The notes under the pieces were generated by a model. The model worked only from the letters and a program-made list of their open reading frames with translations. It made no database searches and was not told where the DNA came from. From Eledone cirrhosa (taxonomy: Eukaryota), in NCBI GenBank assembly GCA_964016885.1, contig OZ024740.1:148180001-148244000 (forward strand): DNA of 64,000 nucleotides. Reading direction: 5' to 3'. Within the stretch, counting starts at the first letter, position 1. Every line of letters begins with the position of its first letter. The translations under genes were made by a program, and so were the position numbers. Shown in pieces: positions 12,329 through 24,533 of this stretch.

Positions 12329-12439
12329 CTTTATTTATTTATTTATTTATTTATTTCCTTTATTGGTTTCACAGTTCTCATGCTTTTCAAAAGTAGAATT
12401 GAGATAGAGGATTTGTGGTTTGTCTCGCATCTCAATCCA

Positions 12440-12930
12440 TAAAGGGGTGGAACTCTATGCTGGAAAGCATGGCGTCCGACCCTCTACCGATACTGCCAAT
12501 CCAATACGAATAAATAATGGTTTCTTATATAGGCACAAGGCCAGTAATTTGGGGGGAGGGGAAAGTCGATTAAATCGACCCCAGTGCGTGACTGGTACTT
12601 TATTTTATCGACCCCATAAGGATGAAAGGCAAAGTTAACCTCGGTGGGATTTGAACTCAGATCATAAAGAGCCATAACTCTATGCTGCAAAGCATGGCGT
12701 CCGACTCTCTACCGATATTGCCAATTCAATAAGAATAAATAATTGTTTCTACTTTTGGTACAAGGCCAGCAATTATCTCAGAGCATTACTTGTACTTTAT
12801 TTTATCGACCCCGTAAGGATGAAAGGTAAAGTTAACCTCGGCGGGATTTGAACTCAGAACGTAAAGGGCCATAATTCTATGCTGTAAAGCACGGTGTCTG
12901 ACGTTCTACCGATGCTGTCAATTCACTGCC
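12440..12930 (-). mobile_element. Cluster of OR-type tRNA-derived SINEs (2 full copies + 1 head)
   Basis: Same consensus as 6545-7460. Confidence 0.85.
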
Positions 12931-13581
12931 AATACAAATAAATAATGAAAATATGTTTATTCAGAAATATAGGCCAGCATTGAATATAGTTTAATATAGG
13001 GGGCCGACGATCCAAATAACGCCAAGTACCTTGTTAACCTTTCACTCTATCTTTCTATCCGTCTCTCAAACGCTCTAGTCCACATTTTTCTCTCATCTCC
13101 TCTTCTCCTCTCTCTCCCTTTATCCCTCTCTTTTCTTATCTCTTTCTCCCCCTCGCTCTCTCACACTCTCCGTTAGATTTATGGTTATATCTTAACCCCC
13201 CCCCCCATAAAAAAATTACTTTCCAAATAGTATACAGCTGGCAACGGCTACCTTCTGCGCTGAGAATACTCAAATTTTACGAATATTCATACCTTTCCAA
13301 TTAATGTTGTATCTCATATCTGTTATTTCGCCTGAGAAAATATCTCTATGTGTCCTTAAACAGTACACACATATATTTATCTTTTCATATCCAATTGAGT
13401 TCTTCGCACAAGACTTGAATTCTTGTCAGAGTTCAATGACCTGCGTGTGCATTATTTTTCACGGTAGCCTCCTCCTCCCATTTTGGAGACAGTGTGAGAT
13501 TTCCTTTCGAACTGCTGGACTTACAACTTAACAGCTCCTTCTACCACTGATGGTGATTATCGCTAAATATTGGGCTCTTAC

Positions 13582-13835
13582 ATTCTGTGACCTCTTCAGT
13601 GACTGGGGATTCTTTTCTTTGTTTTGTGCCTCTTCTTTGTTCTGTCCTACGCCATCTTATTTTTGCGTGTGTGTTGTGTGCAAACTAAGCACAAAAACAA
13701 GATGGCCTAGGACAGAACAAAGGAGAGGCAAAAAAAAAGAAAAGAATCCCCAGTCACTGAAGAGGTTACAGAATTTGTGACGAAAGAACTTTGACAATAT
13801 ATGAACAACCGTCCGGTTGTTCATATATTGTCAAA
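13582..13835. repeat. Imperfect ~80-bp inverted repeat (13582-13774) followed by a 22-bp-arm perfect hairpin (13790-13835)
   Basis: ATTCTGTGACCTCTTCAGTGACTGGGGATTC... / ...GAATCCCCAGTCACTGAAGAGGTTACAGAAT; TTTGACAATATATGAACAACCG-TC-CGGTTGTTCATATATTGTCAAA. Confidence 0.85.
13753..13795 (+). ncRNA. Minimal type I hammerhead ribozyme (family C)
   Basis: GTCA-CTGAAGA-G-GTTACA-GAATT-TGTGAC-GAAA-GAAC-TT-TGAC; 4-bp stem I, 6-bp stem II. Confidence 0.65.
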
Positions 13836-15315
13836 CCAACCAACCGGAAATTTATAAATTTTTAAATTTATAATTTAATTTATAATAAATTGGAGTGAAA
13901 GCAACTGGTGTGTGTGTTTCTTATTGGCAACATGACCCTCCCAAAGTATAACAATATCGGTTTCAACGCACGTTTCCAGATGAAGAATCTTGCTAAACAA
14001 ATTCAGAACAGGTAGGTACGAACTAGAACTTCTTTCTGATGTAGAGTCACCATTTTACATTTCTGCAAATATTTAATGAGAATGTATAACAAACAGTCAC
14101 CCTCGCTGACAAACTAACAATCGTGTTATTACACTTATAATCGGATCAATAACCGATTATAATAACCAAAACCAGTTTGTTCCAGCAAGCAGGGAGGTGC
14201 AGTTGTTAACCAAACATTCTGGCCCTCTCCACAAGGACCAGTTAGCTTTGTTTCCACTGGCACATAAACAAAGTCAGTCCAAACATAACTGTAAATATCA
14301 TCTTTTGAATTGTTGCATACATAACAACAACATTGCCTTGTTTTCGTAGTAGGTTATTAAATTAATAAATATATTTCAGTAGTGATTTAGTTTATATTTT
14401 ATTACCTATGTGATCAGGGTAAATCACTTACCCAAGAAATCACCACATCACCATCATCATAATGAACACTGTAACTCAATGTCACACCCGCAATCTCTGG
14501 CCACACACGAATAGGCACACCTATCTCCCTTCACTTTAACACTACGCAACGTGACCACATCACAAAGCAATGCACAAGTGAACAACGAACCACAATACCA
14601 ACTCTCCTCTTGCTACAATCCAAATAACCTTTCTATCTACAGATTTGCACCAGTTTACATGGACTTCAGATTTTACTGTTATTGCAGATTAGGTTTATGA
14701 TAATAGTATTTATCCTATCAAAATATTGTAGTTTAAATTTATATTTTTGGAATTTATTTTAACAATTCAGAAATAGTGAGATTAGAAATCAAAAGGTAGA
14801 GAAACGAAATTAAGTTGTTTAGTATACATCTTTGTTGCCTCTGGTGCCTCGCTATAGTGGTTTTATCTAATAGCAATTTTTAACAGTCACACATTTTGAA
14901 GGGCCGTGTTCAGTCAATTTTATCACACCTGGCACTTGACAAGTACTTTATTCTATTGACTTTGTTAGAATAAAAGAAAAGTTCAGTGGAATTTGAACGC
15001 ATAATATAATGGGACGAAACTGAATATCTCAAGGCATTTTCTCCGGTACTCTACTGATTTTCTTAATCCATTGTCCTTATATGGTTTCATCTAATAACCA
15101 TAACTCACTTCGTCTCACGATCACAAATTTGTAAACAAATACACGTGCTTGATTTATATGCATCCTTGTTATTGTCGTTTATCCCGAGGGTCAGAGATAT
15201 TTCAACCATTACTATTCTTTAATGTTTTTCAAGCATAGTGTATCTATGTTGTCCACTGTCTCTTTCCTTCTTTTAAGTAGATTGTATGGTGTGATAAAGA
15301 GGCAACATATATAGA

Positions 15316-15460
15316 AGACGGACGGGGCCCCGGGACGATGGAATCCCGGGGCCGCAATGTGCGTTCGAGGTGTCGATGTTCACTGAGTCCTGCAATTCGC
15401 ATCAGTTCACGCGGATAGCCGCGCTCTTCATCGACGGACGAGCCGAGTGTTCCCCGTCCA
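15316..15460 (-). rRNA. Isolated 5.8S rRNA copy (pseudogene)
   Basis: Minus strand CACTCGGCTCGTCCGTCGATGAAGAGCGCGGC...GAATTGCAGGAC...GAACATCGACACCTCGAACGCACATTGCGGCCCCGGG with the GC-rich 3' arm; no 18S, 28S or ITS context. Confidence 0.9.
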
Positions 15461-15463
15461 GGT

Positions 15464-15580
15464 GAAGGCGTGTGGCTGAATGGTTAGAGAATTGGATTCG
15501 CAAACGTGAGGTTGTGAGTTCGATTCCTGGACCAGGCTATGCGTTATGTCCTTGAGCAAGACACTTTATTTCACGTTACT
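15464..15580 (+). mobile_element. tRNA-derived SINE, second family (5' part)
   Basis: A box TGGCTGAATGG, B box GTTCGATTC, core GTCCTTGAGCAAGACACTTTATTTCACG; relatives at about 49590-49840 (-), 56302-56420 and 63665-63910. Confidence 0.75.
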
Positions 15581-16615
15581 CCTTCTACCTGGAGTTGCGA
15601 CCGATAGATAGTATTAGCAATTGGAAAGACCAACGGAAACATTGTTTCCATGGTCCGATTTGACGAAAGTAGATCGTTCTTAATATATAGAAATCAACTT
15701 CACCTTTTATCGGACCTGTGTCAACAATATATGTATATTGTGTTGTTGAACTCAGAGTAAAGAAAGACAAAGTCGACTCTTTTTAAGGCCTCCCAAAGTT
15801 TTAGTAATTAGTTCGCACAAAAACTTAGTTGTGCGATGTTTTTTTCTGTTACAAAAGTTTATACGCAGTGAATTATTGATATATATGGTCATTAATCACT
15901 ACATTATTTCATGTAGCTGACCTACGTTTTGTGAGTACATTATTTTCTTATGAAGACATTCATTTCTTGTGAATACATTAATTTTGTTTGTGCGTCGCAA
16001 AGAGATTAAATCTATTTGCAAAACGTATATGCGTGCGCACAAATGCGCAGCCGAGAGGGAACGCAGCTTCGTATCTTGAACACAGCGACACGAAATTAAA
16101 TAATTTAATGTTGTACTTGTTATACTATATACTTACCTTGCCTCTATAAGTAATACTGATTTCTTTCTAGTTATCTTATAAAGGCTCTCTCTTTGTCCCA
16201 TTGAAGTGGCTGCAAACTTAGTTGATACGTGGTATTCAGCATATATTCGTTCCTTACAATCGGTTCAATGTCAGAAATTTGGAGAAGAGATATTATTGAT
16301 TGAGTAGAGCCCTGTGGGTTTCTTGAACATTTGATAAAATATTATCCGGCAAAGCTAACCCCGGCGAGATTTGTAGCACATTTAGTTCGATACACGTTTC
16401 AGTTTCTCGGCCCATTATATTGTTTTCGGGCTGTATGAATTATATTATGGCGACAGAAAACAAAGATATTGATACAAGTTACTCATCTAGTTGAGAAATA
16501 ACACGTCTTGACTTTGATCACAAAATAAATCTTTGTTCGGGTTGTCGGAAGTAAACAACCAATTGAGTTAGATCACTTAACAGAAGACATCACCGGAAGG
16601 AAATAGTCTCCGTAG

Positions 16616-16690
<75 letters not shown>

Positions 16691-16812
16691 AAAGAATGAA
16701 ACGAAATTTCATTTCTCACTCTTAGTACGGCTGATACCAAAATATAAGTATGTATACATACATACATATATGTGTACAGACGTACAGGAGTATGAATATA
16801 TATACATACATG

Positions 16813-16893
<81 letters not shown>

Positions 16894-17430
16894 GTATGGG
16901 TTTACCGAACATTTAGTATAATGTTCGGTTTGTTTGTAAACAAACAGCCCGAATTACGCCGTACAGTGCTCGGCAACCATCGTCGCCCTTTTGTTCAACC
17001 CTGTCACAGGAACGATGTACTAGTTTCAAGCTTATCGTCAGCATAGTTTACCTTTCTATCAGATGATTGAACGTTTGAAAGTATATACTTTCCTTATGCA
17101 TATTAACGGCTGAGCAGCCTAATTTGCATATCGAGTGAGTTAGTCGGCCGGGCGTACCGAAAACGATAAATGGAAAAGAATGAAACGAATTTTCATTTCT
17201 CACTCATACTACGGCTGATACCTAAATATAAGTATGTATACCTACATACATATATGTGTGTACAGACGTACAGTAGTAATATACATACATGCACACACAT
17301 ATATATATGTACGTATGGGTTTACCGAACATTTAACATAATGTTCGGTTTGTTTGTAAACAAGCAGCCCGAATTACGCCGTACAGTGCTCAGCAACCATC
17401 GTCGCCCTTTTGTTCAACACTAACACAGGA

Positions 17431-17473
17431 ACGATGTACTAGTTTCAAGCTTATTAGCTATCGTCAGCATCGT
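17431..17473 (-). ncRNA. Minimal type I hammerhead ribozyme (family A)
   Basis: Reverse complement of ACGATG-CTGACGA-TAGCTAATAAGCTT-GAAA-CTAG-TA-CATCGT; a copy with stem II deleted lies at 17012-17047. Confidence 0.75.
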
Positions 17474-17885
17474 ATAGCTTTCTGTCAGATGATTGAACGT
17501 TTGAAAGTATATACTTTCCTTATGCATATTAACGCCTGAGCAGCCTAATTTGCATATCAAGTGAGTTAGTCGACCGGGCGTACCGGACATTATAATATAT
17601 GTTCGGTAAACCCATACGTACATATATATATGTGTGAATGTATATATATATATACATACTACTGTACGTCTGTATACATATATGTATGTACGTATACATA
17701 CTTATATTTAGGTATCAGCCGTACTAAGAGTAAGAAATGAAATTTCGTTTCATTCTTTTCCATTTATCGTTTTCGGTACGCCCGGCCGACTAACTCACTC
17801 GAGATGCAAATTAGGCTGCTCAGGCGTTAATATGCATAAGGAAAGTATATACTTTCAAACGTTTAATCATCTGACAGAAAGGTAT

Positions 17886-17928
17886 ACGATGCTGACGATA
17901 GCTAATAAGCTTGAAACTAGTACATCGT
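17886..17928 (+). ncRNA. Minimal type I hammerhead ribozyme (family A)
   Basis: ACGATG-CTGACGA-T-AGCT-AATA-AGCT-T-GAAA-CTAG-TA-CATCGT; predicted cleavage after GTA (17922). Confidence 0.75.
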
Positions 17929-18236
17929 TCCTGTGTCAGTGTTGAACAAAAGGGCGACGATGGTTGCCGAGCACTGTACGGCGTAATTCGGGCTGTTTGT
18001 TTACAAACAAACCGAACATTATACTAAATGTTCGGTAAACCCATACGTACATATATATATATATATGTGTGCATGTATGTATATATATACGTACTACTGT
18101 ATGTCTGTATCATATATGTATGTAGGTATACATACTTACATTTAAGTATCAGCCGTACTAACATTGAAAAATGAAATTTCGTTTCATTCTTTTCCATATA
18201 TATATATATATATATAATATATATATATGGAAAAAA

Positions 18237-18703
18237 TTTGCTGAGATCAAAGTGAGTGAATTTGTCACTACTTTAAAACAATAGCTTACGGTCTTCAAAA
18301 TGCTTTTAATTAAGCATAAAGTGTATTGCAAAATACATTATATATACATCCATATATATATTGCTATTTCAGAGCTCCAATTCTAATTTTTAATTTCTGC
18401 CTGACCAACAACCGCTCTGCATAATCAGCTCCTGATTATTTACTAGATTTCTATAAGAATATAACATCAATGATCTCAGTAAACAGGTGGGGTAGTTGGC
18501 CTTGATAAGCTTCAACCAAAGCGAAACAAGTCTTGTCGGCTTATCTCCCCTGTTTGCTGAGATCAAAGTGAGTGAATTTGTCACTACTTTAAAACAATAG
18601 CTTACGGTCTTCAAAATGCTTTTAATTAAGCATAAAGTGTATTGCAAAATACATTATATATACATCCATATATATATTGCTATTTCAGAGCTCCAATTCT
18701 AAT
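18237..18703 (+). mobile_element. Retrozyme-like element (family D): identical 151-bp direct repeats, 316-bp period, HHR between them
   Basis: 18237-18387 equals 18553-18703; (TA)n on both sides. Confidence 0.8.
18481..18555 (+). ncRNA. Type I hammerhead ribozyme with U3-A8 variant core
   Basis: GGCC-TTGATAA-GCTT-CAACCA-AAGC-GAAA-CAAGTCTTG-TC-GGCT, plus extended stem I AAACAGG/CCTGTTT; predicted cleavage after GTC (18537). Confidence 0.75.
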
Positions 18704-18724
18704 ATATATATATATATATATATG

Positions 18725-18834
<110 letters not shown>

Positions 18835-19200
18835 CATTTAAACAACAAAGAAAGCCATCTATGCTGTGTTCTAAGTGTCTTGGGTTGTAAAGGAGTGTTT
18901 ACTCATATTTTTTCCCCAGTTTACCTGATAAAGCACCAATAAAACAATACAGTCAGTGACTTCTAGATTGGAAGCATTTTCATTGGACTACAGTATGTTT
19001 GTCGGCCAGGAAATTTGAGTCAGAGTAAAATATAGGCTGATTGAGACTAAAAAAGACGAAAATAAATACAAAACGAAAGAAAGCAAAAACGAAAGAGTGA
19101 CAGAATTATAAATTTGACGTCCTTTGAGATTAACATGCAAGATGTGTGTGCGTGACAGTGGTAATGTATGTAAGGTAGTTTTACGATGTATGTATGTATG

Positions 19201-21444
19201 TTCTTCTGGTTTTATAATTTCACAAATTTTTTCCCAATAGAGAGAGAGTCGGTTTCTAACATAGATACAAGACTCTCTCATTGGAATTTGCACAACATCA
19301 ACTAGGTAGATTATGTATGCATGCATGCGTAGATATAGATGTTATTGTATGTGTGGATGTGGATGTTTTGAGTTGTATGTGTGCATGTGTATATGCTTTG
19401 TATCTGTACATGTGTATATGCAGTTATTAGATGCAAAGTGTTTGGAATGTTTTACATATGTTTACTGTTCCATTAATGGATTGTATTTGTAATTTCCTAA
19501 CTAGTTGTAATCTTTCTGTTCCTGTGAAGCCTAGCTTCTCAAGATTTGTATTGAGGCAGTTACTAACATACCCCAGTGCCCCAATAATCACAGGCATAAA
19601 TCTGAAGGTGTAATCAGGGTGGAGTATCTGCAGATTTCTCATCAGTTCTGCATAAATATTCTCCTTTTCGCTAATCTTTGATATTATATTGGCATCTGCT
19701 GGGCAGCTAATTTCCACTACTGTGCATGTTTTCTTCTCCCTGTCCCATATCATAATATCTGGTGTGTTATGCATTTTACTGGGGTTTTTACTGGAACATT
19801 CCACCAGTACTCTTTCATATTATGTACGTGGATGTCTTCCACATTGCTGTCGCTTTTAACGTGTTTATTATCAGAGCTATCTTTTTTACGGACTGCATTG
19901 TACAGTGTTTTCGTCACTACATCATGCCTCATAGGTAGATAGTACCGCGATGACATCTTTGGACAGCTGCTGATGACATGTGTGATATCCTCGATGTTAG
20001 TTATGCAGAGTCTGCACTTATTATCACATCTAGGTGTTTTGCCTGCATCCCTATCTCTTTTGTGAATCAGGTATTTCGTGTTGATTTCCTGTTCTTGGAT
20101 TGCAAAAGCGAATCCTTCAAAGTGGGAGCCAATATAGCGGTTGTTGGTCCAAGATAGACTACTTTCCTTATCTATATTACTCTCACCCTGGAGCTTCCTT
20201 GCAACATACCTATGCATAATTTTTTGCTGATAGGCATGCAGTTTTTCATCCATGGATTCACTGCGATACTGCTGAGCGATTTCCCTGGGTGTGAGTCTTT
20301 GATTATCGCACAGGGAATATCTCTCGAGGAGTTCCTTTCCAACTTTCATGATCTAATATGTTTCATGCAGATAGACTTGCTCGAGAGACCGGCTTCTACG
20401 CTTCGAGGTTCGTAGATGTTACCGGAGGGATATGATGCGACATTCAAATGCTGTCTGGACTGATGTTAGGCCTCTACCTGCCTGCTTACGTTTCAAGTAA
20501 ATGCGGTCTATGTCGCTGTTGATGTGGAATTTCCGGTGTTGTTTATTATCTTTCGAGTTCCAACATCAACTGCTCGGATTTTGTCTATCGTCCAATTGAG
20601 TATTCCAAACGTTGGTATTAAGACAGGCACAGCAAACACATTGTGAGCCACTGTTTTGTTTTGCGCAGAGAGTTCCGATGACCAAATCATTCTTAATCGG
20701 GTGTAGTATTCCCTGGTTACGCGTTCCTTATTACAGATACCATTATAGGATATGTTCTCATCTATACCCAGGTATCTGTAGCAGTCCTCATCAGATATCG
20801 GTTAGGCCATTGATGATAATGTTGCTAGATTGGGTTGTTGTTTTTCCCCGCTTTACAGTCATGTATGAACATTTATCTTGGCCAAACTCCATTCCTATAT
20901 CCTTTGAGAACGTTGTAACCAGGTCAAGACTTTTCTTCATCCCATCCATGTTCTTGGCATAGAGTTTCAGATCGTCCACAAAGAAATTATGGGTTAGGTT
21001 CGTATTTCTGTCCTCCTGTGAGCTAATGATGTATCCTTCACATTTCTTGAGCAGAAAGGACAAGGGGTTTAATGACAAGATGAATAATATCACAGAGAGA
21101 CTGTCTCCCTGAAATATACCCCTGCGATATTTTATTTTATCAGTGAAAATAGAGTCCTCCCTCTCTAGCCTTAGGATAGTAGCCCAAGAAGAAGACAACT
21201 TCTCTATGGCTCTGACAATAATGTCTGGGACTTTAGCAAGCTGGAGGGCCTCTATCAACCAAGAGTGGGGAACAGAATCGAAAGCTTTCCTGTAGTCCAG
21301 CCAGACTGTCGCCATATTCCTCCTAAGTTGTCGCACCTCCGGCATCGCAGTTTTGTTGTGCACATCCCCAAACCCCTTTCTTTTCCAGCTGCTTGTTCAT
21401 CTGTGATGATTTTATTATTTTCACAGTGATCTTGGAGGAATAGG
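19201..21444 (-). mobile_element. 5'-truncated R4/Dong-like LINE, family B
   Basis: Frameshifted copy of 58555-60804 (DYRKAFDSV, IFQGD, FFVDD, CRLC..H...C, RHD, PDIMIW); (TATG)n at both ends. Confidence 0.92.
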
Positions 21445-24400
21445 TATGTATGTATGTATTTATGTATGTATGTGTATATGTATGTGTATATGTATGTGTA
21501 TATGTATATGTGTGTCCATATGTATGTATGTACGTATGTATGTATGTGTGTATGTATGCGTGTATGCGTGTGTGTATATATGTATGTGTATACATATATA
21601 CACACACGCATACATGTCTATATGTATGTATACACAAATCTATAGGTTAATGATGTAGCCATAACTTGCCATGTGTGTGGTGATGTTTGCAGGTCCATAT
21701 CGGACGTAAATCGCCTTGTCAATAAAAATGCATACATGTTGGTATGTTGCTGTTCCCTTACTTGCTAATGAAGGACAAAAGATATGTCCTATATGTAACA
21801 TTCAATATAAATCACTTGCTGGTTTAAAAAGTCACTATAGAGCTCGTCGTGGTACCAATGGAATATATTTATCATTTTAGTAGGAAAGTCGTCAAACCTG
21901 AAATTGAGTAGACAATTATGATATAATGTGTGTAGACGTGGTGTGATTAATACTTTCATTTCGCGATCCTGTTGTTCCGGGTTTAACCAACTGAATTGCA
22001 CTTTGAGCAAGTATCTTTTAGTATAGTCTCGACTTGACTATTACCTGGGGAGTGGAAGTTGGTAGTTGAGGCATATACGTATATATATTTCGCTCGACGA
22101 AGAGTGTAAAAAATGAAATTCCAGTGAAGCGAATTCTTTTGCGATATTTGTTCTGATTAGGTACAAACACTAGCTTGACTCTCTAGCCGTCAAAATGAAC
22201 CAGGGATTTTACGATTTTAAACATTTATCCAGCGATCGAACCGTCATTTCAACGTGGTTTCGATTCTAGATTCTAGATTGAAGCAATTTTATTTCACTTG
22301 CATCAATAATGCGGTTGTAAACACTTGAATATAACCAGTTCTCATATTATCCTCTCTCTAACATATAAATCCGTATGCCATATCAAAGGACCCATTTAAC
22401 GTCTTAGGCTATCCCTATAATGTATGTCGTCGATTTCTATATATGCGTCCAATTCTCCCAAAATAAAATAACTTCAACTTACAGTTTGGCAAGCTAAACA
22501 AATTTCTTTCCTTTTTTTTACATTTCTTGTTTTGATCACATCAAAAAAATTACTTAGACTACATTTTCTACTACACAGCTCACACTCATCCATAAGACCC
22601 TCTCCACCACTGTGGTCATTTTCACAACATTGTTACGCAGCAAAAATATTTAATGATTTTGAACACAGTGGGCCATTATATATCTAATTCATTCATGTAA
22701 ATTGATATAAAACTATGGTCCTTTAAGGTTCACTGGTGATCTGTATTACCTGGTTGGCTTTAAGTTATCGTTGGCTCTGTCAATTATAACAACTATATAT
22801 CAATGAACACGGACATTTTTTGTTTATAATTCTTCGATATACTATTGTTATAATGGGTAGAGTTGCGCTAACTTTAGGCCAACTGGACAGTCACTTAGAG
22901 TGTCAGGAGGTAGCATAACCATAAGGGATTACAGTTTTACACAGATTTGTATAAATGATTTAAATATATAACTTACTACAATAAATAAATAAATAAACAT
23001 CATTGCTACGTAGCAACTACTCATATGTTGTACTTTTGTATATATTTTATTGTATTAATTGCATTTTTTCTGTTAGGAGGTACATTTTTATGTGAAATGT
23101 TTGAGAATAGCCATTATTTTATTAAATTAAGAGGAATGAAAAGCGATTGTGTTTGAAGCAAAGCATTGAAAAATACACTTTTATGTATTTCATCTTTAAT
23201 ACGTTATATTTTCTATAAGACTGGGCAGAGGTATTGAATTAGTTATATATATACAAAAGCACGACATGTGACTTGCTGTAAAGGATATGAAAGTATATGA
23301 AAAAGGGATTTTTTAACATTAGGACAAAGTTACAAAATGAAGAAGCAGAAGAGTATTGTCGATTGAGTTTAATTCCAATATATAATTAGCGCTATTTGTT
23401 TTTCGATAACAGATGAATGAAAGACCTTAACAGAAACTGAAGATAGAAGAATGTAATTTAGTCTTATGGTGTGCTGGAGTTGAATTCGTCACGTTATCAT
23501 ATTTATTTATTTCTTAGAATATGTGCGTGTGTGTAATGATGGCAGGATGTTGTTTGAGGGAGATTATTTGTTATTTTTAGCTGTTTCAGTAACCGTGAAA
23601 TCTCAGAATTGGTTGGAGACCGTAAAACTAAGAGATGGTATATATATTATAAGTTATAATTTATAACATTTTTATCGCCTTCGTTTTCTGAATACAATTC
23701 CTACCAAGGTTAACTTTATCATTCATCATTCTAGGTTTGATAAAATAAAGTACCTTTTCAACATAATCTACTGCTATCCACCCACCTCAACTTTATCATA
23801 TTGCCCTTATATAATATATAAATAAAATTATTAAAATATTTGTAGCACGATAATAAATATAATGCTAAAAATTGAAAATAGTTCAAGGGAAACAACTTTT
23901 AAAAGTGCATTAAACACACCTTGAGTGGTCTCCCATTAAATATATTTTCCTTGGTAAGTATGATATTTTTTGTTAAACTTATTTCAGATACAATTCAAAC
24001 TGAATATATTACTAGCCTACCGAATTCTAATTGTTTATGTTGCTGTTTAATTTCTAGGTTGATATCTGAATGCAAAAGTAATGGTTTAAAATATAATTAC
24101 ATTAATCAGACAGCCGTATCTTTCCTTCGCGTGTTACTTGTATTATTCTGGGAAATACTTCCAGCCCTACTATATGGAGATATTGTACGCATATAGGAGC
24201 AGAATTTCACCCATGCTTGTTTTTCTGCCTGGACTAATTAGGATCTTAAGATTATAGTCACATTAATTAGATCAGTCGAGCTTCTACACACTATCACATA
24301 AACACTAATGCTTCCTACCACTGTTGACTGGGATATAATCGATATACTTTTTACGCAAACTCAACGTCTTTTATATTTCTGGACAATGCAGGAGGATCCA

Positions 24401-24533
24401 ACAAATAAATGAACATTACTGGCCTGAAGCGATTATTTTTGCACCTTTGATTATTTGTATACTTTTATATCTATGAACGTCTACATAATCAATGCACACA
24501 CACGTCTCCCAAACTGCAGAGCTTGTTTTACCG

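Larger units (their letters stand above)
16689..18197. mobile_element. Retrozyme-like array (family A): ~2 tandem units followed by ~1.4 inverted tandem units
   Basis: The unit restarts at 16689 and 17173; inversion point near 17585; inverted period 429 bp (17601 vs 18030); one HHR per unit; (TA)n or (GA)n flanks. Confidence 0.8.
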
